Shown piece after piece: positions 40,288 to 48,992 of a stretch of DNA of 64,000 bases. Below the pieces are notes generated by a model that saw only the letters and a program-made list of their open reading frames with translations, had not been told where the DNA came from and made no database searches. Source of the stretch: Microgenomates group bacterium GW2011_GWC1_46_15 (GTDB taxonomy: Bacteria > Patescibacteriota > Microgenomatia > UBA1400 > UBA12028); assembly GCA_001002285.1 (NCBI GenBank), contig LCLX01000002.1, positions 67,827-131,826 of the forward strand, in the 5' to 3' direction. A program made the translations under genes and the position numbers. Numbering within the stretch: the stretch's first letter is position 1; each line of letters begins with the position of its first letter.

Positions 40288-42879
40288 CTATCTCTTCTGT
40301 TCCATACCGTAAAACTTAATGCGATCTCCTTTAAAGAACATATCGATCGTGCGAAGTGGGCCGTTGCGGTGCTTGGCAACGGTGAGTTTGACGTGCTCCG
40401 GCGCCTCGTCTTCTTCCCGATACAAAAACATGACAACATCAGAATCTTGTTCGATACTGTTGTGTACAACAATGTCATTTGCGATAAAGTTGGCATATCC
40501 GGGAACAGTCGCGTCAAATACTTTACGGATGCCAATTTTTGTAATACTCAAAATTTCATCCCAATACACATCCGAAGAAGCAAACATTCTCAAAAGATCA
40601 TTGTCTAAAGCTTCTGCAATATTCCATAATCGTTCTCTTCCAATCGAATTTCTCTGTCTCCCTGTTCCGCTATATGCCCATCCCATAGTTTGATGAAAAG
40701 CACGTGTCGTTAATCCAAACTCAGCACGCGATGCTTCAATATATTTCCATAACGCCTTTGGAATAACATCGAGGTTTGGATTGCTTACCACCGTTTGAAG
40801 TAAAAGAAGTGCGCGGCGAGCTCTTCCCTCTTTCTCCCCCACACATCCCACAATCTCAAGAAAATGCCGCTGAGCCTGGGCTCCTTGAACCGCAACATTC
40901 CACATTGCCTGATATCCATGTTGTTTGACTTCGCGGACAGTAGAAAATACTCCAAGACGCAGAAGTAAATGAGCAACGTCTTCTGCCAACCTTTGGCTTC
41001 CTGATGCATAATACACAGATACTAACGGACCCTTCTTTTTTTCTTTACGTATAGCAATGCATCCATCGGTTGACCAAAGGTGACGCAGAAAAAGCGCTAT
41101 GGTAGCGTTAGGCTGAGAAAAAACAGCTGTCGGGATGTGTTTTACTCGAGAATGCTGGCCGTAGATTCCAAGGTCTTCATCAAGCCAACGAACAATCGGA
41201 TTTCTTTTTCCACGAGCCAATTTATATGGCGAAGAAAGATAAAGATGGTACCACTGTTCTTGTCGAACAAGGCGAGGAATAATGCCAAATGCGTGCACCG
41301 CTGATTCCGCAACGTACTGAATAAGCGGAAGTTCAGAATTTGTGTAGTGAAGCGGTTGGCGTTTTACGTAACATCCATCCCCAATAAGGTGTGCTAAGAC
41401 AATGAGTTGATCGTCGGTAAGTGTTTGTTGAAGTTCTTTTGAAATCTCGAGCAACCTTGGTGTTCCCAATTGTTCCCCAACCTTTAATTGATCAAGTCGT
41501 TTCCATCCACTTACTGTAAAAAACGGATGGTTTGCAGAAGCGGTAATGCGTTTCCCACTGCGTAACTGCATTTCATAAACCATCTTTTTTCCACTTGGAA
41601 AGACCTTTGACATCACTGCCTGATGGATAATCATTGTTTCATCCATCGCAAGCACGGGAATGTTTTTTTTACCAACCAAAGATACGATTGGGACCCGTTT
41701 TCCTGTGTCCGAGCGGAAAATCAACGTATCGCCCAAAAGACATCCGCTTTCGCGCAAATCGGACAACTGCGGCTGTTTGACTCCTCGGCTCTCTACCGAC
41801 CGGTTCAGCTGAGAAAGTGCTAATACTGGCACTTTTAATTCACGCGCCAGGTTTTTTAATCCCTGCGAGATTTCTGAAACTTCCTGCACGCGATTGTCCG
41901 TAGTATATCCGCGCATCAGTTGGAGATAGTCAACAATAATGAGATCAAGCCCATGCTCTGCCATCAACCGGCGAGCTTTGGTGCGGACTTCCAGAATGGA
42001 CTGTCCTGGCGTATCGTCAAAAAACAGTGGAGCCTCGGCCAGCTCCCCCATTGCGTCTGAAAGTTTTTCAAAATCTTCTTCATCCAAACGTCCTGTTTTG
42101 AGTTTCCACGCGTCAATATCAGCCTGCTGAACCAGCAACCGGTCCACCATTTCTTCCTTACTCATTTCAAGCGCAAAGTACCCAACGTTTAACTTGCGCT
42201 CTACCGCAACGTGTTTGGCAATTGAAAGCGAAAAGGCTGTTTTTCCAATACCGGGGCGGGCAGCCAGAATCAACAAGTTTGACTTCTGCATGCCGGCCAA
42301 CGTATCGTCTAACTCGGCAAAACCAGTGGGAACACCGCGTAACCCGCTGCTGTTTTTGTGCAACTCATCGAGGCGGTCAAAACTTTCAGCCAACGCTGTT
42401 TTGAGTGAAATAAATGACCGGTCCATGTGCTTTTGCGAAAGACCAAAAATATTCTGTTCGGCGGTATCAAGAATGTCGGATGTTTCTCTGGCCGGATTAA
42501 GGGCCATCTCAGAAAGATCGGAAGCCAACGTGATGAGAAACCGCTTGATCGCCATGTCCTTAATGATCTTGGCGTACTGCTTGACGTGTGCCGCAGTCGG
42601 CACTTTGGCGGCTAAATCCGCAAGATACGCTGTGCCGCCAATGTCTTTCAATCTTCCGGTTTTTTTGAGCATGTCGGTAAGCGTAACAACGTCAATGGGC
42701 TCGCGGTCGGCAAACAACTTCAACATGCCGTCGTAAATATCACGATGTGCTTCGCGGTAGAAATGTTTGGGTTCCAAGAACTCCGCGATTTGCACAATTG
42801 CGTCGCGGTCAATCAGCATGGCGCCGAGCACGCTTTCTTCAGCTTGAATGTTGTGTGGGGGTAGTTTTGGATCAGCCAT
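40288..42879 (-). CDS. dnaB: Replicative helicase DnaB containing an intein
   Basis: PPHNIQAEESVLG, AARPGIGKT, VDYLQL, SDLRESG|intein|SIEQDSD. Confidence 0.97.
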   Translation of the reverse strand: MADPKLPPHNIQAEESVLGAMLIDRDAIVQIAEFLEPKHFYREAHRDIYDGMLKLFADREPIDVVTLTDMLKKTGRLKDIGGTAYLADLAAKVPTAAHVKQYAKIIKDMAIKRFLITLASDLSEMALNPARETSDILDTAEQNIFGLSQKHMDRSFISLKTALAESFDRLDELHKNSSGLRGVPTGFAELDDTLAGMQKSNLLILAARPGIGKTAFSLSIAKHVAVERKLNVGYFALEMSKEEMVDRLLVQQADIDAWKLKTGRLDEEDFEKLSDAMGELAEAPLFFDDTPGQSILEVRTKARRLMAEHGLDLIIVDYLQLMRGYTTDNRVQEVSEISQGLKNLARELKVPVLALSQLNRSVESRGVKQPQLSDLRESGCLLGDTLIFRSDTGKRVPIVSLVGKKNIPVLAMDETMIIHQAVMSKVFPSGKKMVYEMQLRSGKRITASANHPFFTVSGWKRLDQLKVGEQLGTPRLLEISKELQQTLTDDQLIVLAHLIGDGCYVKRQPLHYTNSELPLIQYVAESAVHAFGIIPRLVRQEQWYHLYLSSPYKLARGKRNPIVRWLDEDLGIYGQHSRVKHIPTAVFSQPNATIALFLRHLWSTDGCIAIRKEKKKGPLVSVYYASGSQRLAEDVAHLLLRLGVFSTVREVKQHGYQAMWNVAVQGAQAQRHFLEIVGCVGEKEGRARRALLLLQTVVSNPNLDVIPKALWKYIEASRAEFGLTTRAFHQTMGWAYSGTGRQRNSIGRERLWNIAEALDNDLLRMFASSDVYWDEILSITKIGIRKVFDATVPGYANFIANDIVVHNSIEQDSDVVMFLYREEDEAPEHVKLTVAKHRNGPLRTIDMFFKGDRIKFYGMEQKR
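40459..41742 (-). mobile_element. DnaB intein (428 aa) with LAGLIDADG endonuclease
   Basis: Starts CLLGDT; block B SANHPF; LAHLIGDG and LRHLWSTDG; ends VVHN before Ser. Confidence 0.95.
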
Positions 42880-42960
42880 ATACGTGCTTTCTTAACACTC
42901 TCTAATAAAAATGGCAGGGATACACATACGCGGGCGGGCGTGTTTCTAGGCACATGTTTA

Positions 42961-43620
42961 TTACGCAGGATTCATGACCACGAGCTCGGTTTCTTCCGGC
43001 AGACTTCCCGCGGTAACAGTGAACGACGTGACAAGCTCTTTTGTGACTCCATAGACTTTCATAAAGTCCTCAACCGTTGCGAGATCACCAAACACCTTAT
43101 TTGAATGGGCAGCGGTGCGGTAGTGCATCGGAATAACATAGGACGGCTCAATCGCTTGAATCACCTCGACTGCGGTTTTGGGATCAATGGTAAACTTCCC
43201 GCCTACTGGACACAAAAGCACATCAACAACGCCAAGTTTTTCTATCGTTTTTTCATCTAACGTGTGTCCAAGATCACCCAAGTGGCACACAACCAAATCG
43301 TCCAAGTGAATTGTGTAGATAATGTTGCGGCCACGCTCGCTTCCCTGGCTGTTGTCGTGAAATGTTGAAAAACCAAACACCGAAACACCGGCAACTTCGT
43401 ACTCGCCGGGGGCATCAATAACAAACGGGTGCTCACGGCGTGTTGTCGGGCTGATTTTATCAACCGCGTTGTGATCGGAGTGATCGTGGGATACCGTAAT
43501 GAAGTCTGCGGATACCTTTGGCATCTTCAAACCCATGTCGCTAGAAAACGGATCAGTCACCACAATTCCGTTTTTTCCTTTGAGCGAAAATGCTGAATGG
43601 CCGAGGTACGTGATCTGCAT
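42961..43620 (-). CDS. MBL-fold metallo-hydrolase
   Basis: YLGHS, DPF, SHDHSDH, HLGD, PMHY. Confidence 0.92.
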   Translation of the reverse strand: MQITYLGHSAFSLKGKNGIVVTDPFSSDMGLKMPKVSADFITVSHDHSDHNAVDKISPTTRREHPFVIDAPGEYEVAGVSVFGFSTFHDNSQGSERGRNIIYTIHLDDLVVCHLGDLGHTLDEKTIEKLGVVDVLLCPVGGKFTIDPKTAVEVIQAIEPSYVIPMHYRTAAHSNKVFGDLATVEDFMKVYGVTKELVTSFTVTAGSLPEETELVVMNPA

Positions 43621-43752
43621 CGTGGTAGTATAGTATCTCCTTTGTCGTTTCTTCGCAATGCAGAAACTGCTCTTTTATTATTTTTAGTATTTTTGATGGT
43701 ACGATCAATGACAATCAGTGCTGGAAAAATCCAAAAAGGTTGATACAATACG

Positions 43753-44259
43753 ATGATCCCTATGAAAAAAGAAGTTGTGTTCGCCATCGCGCTCGGTGCT
43801 ATTGTTGGGCTCGTTATTACATTCGGCATCTATACCGCAAACAAGGCGCTCCAGCAGAGGCGCGAAGAAACAACAACCACACAAGTGCAGGACACAAAAG
43901 GTTCTTCGGAAAACGAGCCTTCTGCTATGCGGATTTACGCCCCGGAAGATGGGAGCCTTGTTGATAAAGATACGCTCCAGATTTCCGGTGTGACGTTTCC
44001 AAATGCAACGCTTGCGATCTACGTCAATGATGCGTTGTACATCGCTACTGCGGATGCAAAAGGCAATTTTTCTGCTGAAGTGAAGCTCGGCGCGGGAAGC
44101 AATGTGATCACGAGTATCGCAACCGCGCCAGACGGAACGCAGGAGCGCGACGCGCGGCTCGTCGTGTTTAGCACCGCAAATCTTGATGACGGGACAACCG
44201 CGACAAACTCAGCAAAACCAAAAGCTAGCCCAACACCGAAACCGGGAGGCACACAGTGA
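43753..44259 (+). CDS. Membrane-anchored Ig-like-domain protein
   Basis: TM helix; ISGVT..ADAKGNFSAEVKL..GSN beta-sandwich; start may be 43762. Confidence 0.7.
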   Translation: MIPMKKEVVFAIALGAIVGLVITFGIYTANKALQQRREETTTTQVQDTKGSSENEPSAMRIYAPEDGSLVDKDTLQISGVTFPNATLAIYVNDALYIATADAKGNFSAEVKLGAGSNVITSIATAPDGTQERDARLVVFSTANLDDGTTATNSAKPKASPTPKPGGTQ

Positions 44260-44969
44260 AACTCCGCATCTTACTCACTATCGGCGCCTTTTCCTTAGCA
44301 GCTCTTGCATTTCAAGTACACGCCGTAGTTCCTTCCCCATCACCATCTCCAAAGTCTTCACCTCTCCCCACATCAACACCGACCGCAACGAGTTCCGCGC
44401 AACAGGATACAGTGAATCAAAATTTGAAAGACCGCATTGAGAAGGCCATTGAGGAAAAAGCGCAAACTGTTGAAACCACGCGGAAAAAGCGCGCGATTGT
44501 CGGCATTGTTGAACGTGTCACAAGTGAATCACTCTCATTAAAAACACTCCAGAACACCACAGAAACGATCAAACTCGTTCCGAATAAAACCGCGATGCTT
44601 CAACTCCCAGGCCTTCAGCCGATCACACTGACCGATCTTGAGCTCAATAGTTTTGTGATCGTGATGGGATACAACGATGATGGCGTTCTTGAGGCCCGGC
44701 GCATTTTGTTGAGCCCCGTCCCCCTTTTTCCCGTGCGTAAAGAGGTCTTTTTTGGAAAAGTAGATGCGCTAACAACAACAGAAATTTCGCTGACGTTGCG
44801 GACACAAGAACAAAAAATACTTTCGCTATCGAAAAAAGTGCAGTTTCAGAAAGCCGATGGATCCAGGACAGTGCGCGCTGACGTGTCGAAAAGTATAGAG
44901 GTTTTTGTTGTCGTCCCTCAAGTTGAGGACGCAAGTCCTTCGGCGACATTGGTGAGAATACTCAAGTAG
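44256..44969 (+). CDS. Exported protein with two OB-like beta repeats
   Basis: Signal peptide, P/S/T linker, GIVERV and GKVDAL repeats. Confidence 0.65.
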   Translation: MKLRILLTIGAFSLAALAFQVHAVVPSPSPSPKSSPLPTSTPTATSSAQQDTVNQNLKDRIEKAIEEKAQTVETTRKKRAIVGIVERVTSESLSLKTLQNTTETIKLVPNKTAMLQLPGLQPITLTDLELNSFVIVMGYNDDGVLEARRILLSPVPLFPVRKEVFFGKVDALTTTEISLTLRTQEQKILSLSKKVQFQKADGSRTVRADVSKSIEVFVVVPQVEDASPSATLVRILK

Positions 44970-45019
44970 ATCTTTCATAGTTTGACCCTGCGTGCTACAA
45001 TCCCCCCACAAGTGAATAC

Positions 45020-45296
45020 AAAGCGTTAACCGGAGTCACGATCCGGAATTCCGAAAGGAAACGCTGTTCGCCAAAATGCGGAACGGAGGTTCAACCGTAA
45101 AAACAGAACCGTCGATGTCGCACCAGCGGAGTCGGCCCAAGAGTTCTTCGGGAAAATACCGAAGAGAATGAAGGATGGGACCGCGGAAGGTCCTTTTTTT
45201 ATGCGCGAGCCCAAAGCTCCGCAAGATAGCCTCTCGTTCCTTTTTCATCACACCAACGTGTATTGGGTGTGGTGGGAAGTGAACGGGAGGTTTTTT
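45020..45296 (+). ncRNA. T-box-type riboswitch, predicted His-specific, ultra-short Stem I
   Basis: Stem I AGCGTT..CCGGA-gtCACga-TCCGG..AACGCT; AAGGA-TGGGACC-GCG (45171-45185) pairs with CGT-TCCTT (45235-45242); terminator 45230-45290 plus T6; extended -10 TGcTACAAT at 44993-45001. Confidence 0.72.
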
Positions 45297-45318
45297 GTAT
45301 AGAAAGGAGGTGAAAATT

Positions 45319-45529
45319 ATGATTGATTCATTAAGCATTCGATTCGATGGTGAAATGGATGCGTATCTTCATCAGTCGAGAACCACTGGCATTACTCAGA
45401 GCAATATTGGATGTGACACTCGACGATTTAACAGATGAAGAGAAGCAACGTTTGCGAAACGGTGAAGTTGTGAACATTCCAGCAGATGAATTGTTGGCTC
45501 GAGTGTACGGCTCTACATCGTTTAAGTAA
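45319..45529 (+). pseudogene. Small ORF, apparently split in two frames, between the T-box and hisS
   Basis: Strong SD AAAGGAGGTGA, then ATG 45319 gives 39 aa (stop at 45438); an overlapping +1 frame continues to 45529. Confidence 0.4.
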
Positions 45530-45616
45530 AACCATGAGGGGGAGAAGAGTCTGATCACCTCTTCCCTCCCTCAAAAATACACGTGCGTTCGTAGTATAGT
45601 GGGAAAGAAAGGATAT

Positions 45617-46870
45617 ATGGCAACACAAACACAACCACAAACACTCAAAGGATTTCGTGATTTTCTACCAGAAGAAAAGCGCATTCGCAATTTTGTGATG
45701 GGAAAAATCACTGAAGTTTTTGAACTTTACGGATTCGAACCATTAGAAACGCCAACACTCGAGTACGCTTCCCTGCTTCTCGGCAAATATGGAGATGAAG
45801 CTGACAAACTTGTATATACCTTCACCGACAATGGTAACCGCAGGGTAGGGTTGCGCTACGACCAAACCGTACCCACTGCCCGTGTTCTCGCGCAATATCG
45901 CGATCAACTTCCGCAATATTTTCGGCGCTACCAAATGCAAAATGTTTTCCGCGCCGATAAACCACAAAAGGGGCGTTACCGCGAGTTTACACAGTGTGAT
46001 ATCGACATTTTCGGCAGTACTTCTCCTCTCGCCGACGCCGAGATTATTGCCTGTACCTATGCGGCATTTGTTAATGTTGGGTTTTCAAAAATAGTGTTGC
46101 GGATCAATGATCGGAAAGTATTATTTGATGCGCTCCAGCCGTTTGCAACGGAACAAGTCTCCACTCTCTCCATGATTCAATCAATTGACAAACTCGACAA
46201 GCTTCCTCAAGAAGAAATTGTGAAAGAACTTTGCGATAAAGGGTTGCGTGCGGAGGTTTCTCAACAAGTGCTCGACGTAGTTCAAGCAGCACAACCAACA
46301 AAAAATCTTCAGCAAATCATGGACATCACAAATAACCTCGGCGTGCCAAAAGAAGCTATGCAGTTTTCGCCATTTCTCGCACGCGGTCTCGATTATTACA
46401 CCGGCATGATTTTTGAGGTTATTCTTCCCGATTTCCCCATGGGATCGTTTGGCGGAGGCGGTCGGTACGATAACCTTATTGCACAACTTGGTAGTGTTCA
46501 AGTTCCAGCGGTTGGGATTGCGTTTGGGTTTGATCGTATGGTCGAAGCAGTGAAAACGCTCGGCATTGGTCAACAGAAGTGCAATCAATTAACAGTGTTA
46601 GTTACGGTTTTTGACGTATCACTCCAAGCCGAGTCTGCAAAAGTTGCGGCAACATTACGCGCAAAAAACATCTCGACAGAACTTTATCCATCAGCTGACG
46701 ATAAACTCGCAAAACAATTTAAGTACGCGGCAAAAAGAAAGTTTACGCGTGTGATCGTTATTGGGCCAGATGAGGTAGTTCGAGGTGTTGTACAAGTAAA
46801 AACAATGGAAACGGGAAATCAGCAAACACTGCCGTTGGACGATGTTGTTGCGCAACTGAAGACCATGTAG
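45617..46870 (+). CDS. hisS: Histidyl-tRNA synthetase
   Basis: KGFRDF, LRYDQTVP, FRADKPQKGRYREFTQCD, RGLDYYTG, GGGRYD. Confidence 0.97.
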   Translation: MATQTQPQTLKGFRDFLPEEKRIRNFVMGKITEVFELYGFEPLETPTLEYASLLLGKYGDEADKLVYTFTDNGNRRVGLRYDQTVPTARVLAQYRDQLPQYFRRYQMQNVFRADKPQKGRYREFTQCDIDIFGSTSPLADAEIIACTYAAFVNVGFSKIVLRINDRKVLFDALQPFATEQVSTLSMIQSIDKLDKLPQEEIVKELCDKGLRAEVSQQVLDVVQAAQPTKNLQQIMDITNNLGVPKEAMQFSPFLARGLDYYTGMIFEVILPDFPMGSFGGGGRYDNLIAQLGSVQVPAVGIAFGFDRMVEAVKTLGIGQQKCNQLTVLVTVFDVSLQAESAKVAATLRAKNISTELYPSADDKLAKQFKYAAKRKFTRVIVIGPDEVVRGVVQVKTMETGNQQTLPLDDVVAQLKTM

Positions 46871-46880
46871 ACTGAAGTTT

Positions 46881-47858
46881 ATGCCTGCCAAGTCACATCG
46901 TCACGCCCATCCTCAGCCTCACACCTCAAGCAGAACGATTGGCTTAATCGCGGTATTTTTCAACATCCTGTTCTGGGGCCTTGCGCCGGCCATTATTAAA
47001 TCCGGCCTCGATGTGATTCCGGCAGAAGTGTTTTTATACTACCGCTTCTTGATTGTGATCGCGCTCGCCACGCCGTTTCTCTTCTTTTTTAAACCAGTAT
47101 TCGCGTCACTCAAACGGCCGTCACAACTCCTCGTACTTCTCGGCATTGGCCTACTCACAAATCCCCTAAGTCTTGGTATGTTGTTTGTTGGGCTGAGTAT
47201 GACAACTTCGCTAGCAGGCGCCATGTTATCCAGTACTGCCCCGCTTTTCATCGTGATAAGCAGCGCGATATTTTTGAAAGAAAAAATTACGCGGAACGAA
47301 CTCATCGGCATTACCATTGCCACGATAGGAACCGTTTTTATTGTTTTGGAAACACCAGAACAGGCGCACGCGACTAACCCCGTTTTGGGGAATACATTAA
47401 TTCTACTTCAAAACATTTTATGGACTGCTGGCGTTTTACTCATGAAAAAGTTCGCCCACAAACACCACCCGTTTTTATTCGGATACACGGGCTGGCTCAC
47501 CGGCTTTATCTTTTTCCTTTTCTACACGCTCTGGCAACACCCCGCGTATGTTATGGCACCACTCTCCATCACCCAAATTCCGGAGGCATTTCTGCCGATT
47601 ATCTACATGGCGGTGTTTGGCTCACTTATTGCTTTCACGGCGTATCAAGTCGCCCAACGCCACCTGCTGGCCTCCGAAGTCAGCATTTTCTCGTACCTTC
47701 TGCCACTCATCACGATTCCACTATCGCTTTTCTGGTTGCACGAGCGGTTTACTCTTCTGTTCGCGTTTGGCGGGCTTCTGCTGGCTGTGGGCGTGATTGT
47801 TGCCGAGCTCCACTCCCGCTCACGCTTCGTAAGCGTATTGAGGAAAAAACGGACATAA
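46881..47858 (+). CDS. DMT/EamA family transporter
   Basis: 10 TM segments, duplicated EamA halves (FWG, FLKEK, LHE). Confidence 0.9.
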   Translation: MPAKSHRHAHPQPHTSSRTIGLIAVFFNILFWGLAPAIIKSGLDVIPAEVFLYYRFLIVIALATPFLFFFKPVFASLKRPSQLLVLLGIGLLTNPLSLGMLFVGLSMTTSLAGAMLSSTAPLFIVISSAIFLKEKITRNELIGITIATIGTVFIVLETPEQAHATNPVLGNTLILLQNILWTAGVLLMKKFAHKHHPFLFGYTGWLTGFIFFLFYTLWQHPAYVMAPLSITQIPEAFLPIIYMAVFGSLIAFTAYQVAQRHLLASEVSIFSYLLPLITIPLSLFWLHERFTLLFAFGGLLLAVGVIVAELHSRSRFVSVLRKKRT

Positions 47859-47993
47859 TATCCTCATACATGCTGCCGAGTATGGGGACCAGTTTCATTT
47901 TCGTACGGTAATTGTTTGGTCCTGTCTTTATACTATGTGGTATACAAAGATATAGTTGACGAGAGAGATTACTCTCGTTAAAGTAGGGTTACT

Positions 47994-48524
47994 ATGCTCT
48001 CCCAAAGCGATAAACAATGGATCACCGGACTGTTGTCTGGATTTGCTAAAAAGACAGACCTTGAGCAGTTTGCCAAAAAAGCTGATCTCGAAGCGTTCGC
48101 AACCAAGAAAGACCTTGAACGGTTTGCAACGAAAGAAGAAATTCGTGCCGATTTTGCACAGTTCAGAAATGAGGTCCGTACCACCGTCCGAACCGATTTG
48201 GAAAAATTTAAGAAAGACATACACGCCTCATTGGATGCTGATCTAGCTAAGTTTAAACACGCCATGTATGTTATGGTGCAAGCCCAACTCAAAAAATCCA
48301 GAGAAGATATGCGCGATGATTTCATTCAATTCAAGGAAAAGTTGTTCTTGACCGTTCGATCGGATATTGCACAGTTTAAAGATGATATTCTCACTGAACT
48401 CCGCCCTCTGCAAGATGACGATACTGTCCTTACTTTTCAGATTAGCGGACATACAGAAATTTTGGAAAAACATGAAAAACGGCTCACAATTCTGGAGAAG
48501 AATAAGCCGAAGATTTTACACTAA
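47994..48524 (+). CDS. Coiled-coil protein with FA(T/K)KxDL repeats
   Basis: FAKKTDLEQ/FAKKADLEA/FATKKDLER/FATKEEIRA; C-terminal HEKRLTILE. Confidence 0.75.
   Translation: MLSQSDKQWITGLLSGFAKKTDLEQFAKKADLEAFATKKDLERFATKEEIRADFAQFRNEVRTTVRTDLEKFKKDIHASLDADLAKFKHAMYVMVQAQLKKSREDMRDDFIQFKEKLFLTVRSDIAQFKDDILTELRPLQDDDTVLTFQISGHTEILEKHEKRLTILEKNKPKILH
48042..48149 (+). repeat. Four imperfect 27-bp in-frame tandem repeats
   Basis: tttgctaaaaagacagaccttgagcag / tttgccaaaaaagctgatctcgaagcg / ttcgcaaccaagaaagaccttgaacgg / tttgcaacgaaagaagaa... Confidence 0.75.
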
Positions 48525-48593
48525 GTTTACGCTAAAATTTCAATGAGCATCACCTCTTGTTTCCACCCTATTTTTACGATAGAATAGCCCTCT

Positions 48594-48911
48594 ATGAAAA
48601 CAGGTATCCATCCGACATGGAATCACCAAGCAACCGTTACGTGCGGGTGCGGTAATACGTTCAAGACGGGGTCCGTGAAGGATACGATCGTTGTGGACGT
48701 CTGCTCCGCGTGCCACCCTTTTTACACCGGAAAAATGAGATTCCTTGATACGCAGGGCCGTGTAGAACGCTTCTCTATGAAACGCACTGCCGCTGCGCAA
48801 ACAGTAAGAAAATCCAAGAAAAAGTCCGACAAGAAAGAGGAAAATCCGCTTTCTTTGCGCGACATGCTCGAGCAGGAAAAGAAAAAGCTCGTGTCTTCCA
48901 AAGCCAATTAG
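48594..48911 (+). CDS. rpmE: 50S ribosomal protein L31 (Zn-type) with basic C-terminal extension
   Basis: [27 protein letters not shown]. Confidence 0.95.
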   Translation: MKTGIHPTWNHQATVTCGCGNTFKTGSVKDTIVVDVCSACHPFYTGKMRFLDTQGRVERFSMKRTAAAQTVRKSKKKSDKKEENPLSLRDMLEQEKKKLVSSKAN

Positions 48912-48992
48912 CTCTCTATATTCAGGCATACTTCCCCGCAACCGCGGAGGAATATTTGCGTACTCAGGAGAAATCCCACTACAATGCATACA

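Noticed and set aside
45020-45200. RNase P, 6S, SRP or tmRNA identity for the structured RNA
   Set aside because: It lacks GAGGAAAGTCC, the SRP loop and tRNA-like ends; the T-box architecture explains it better.
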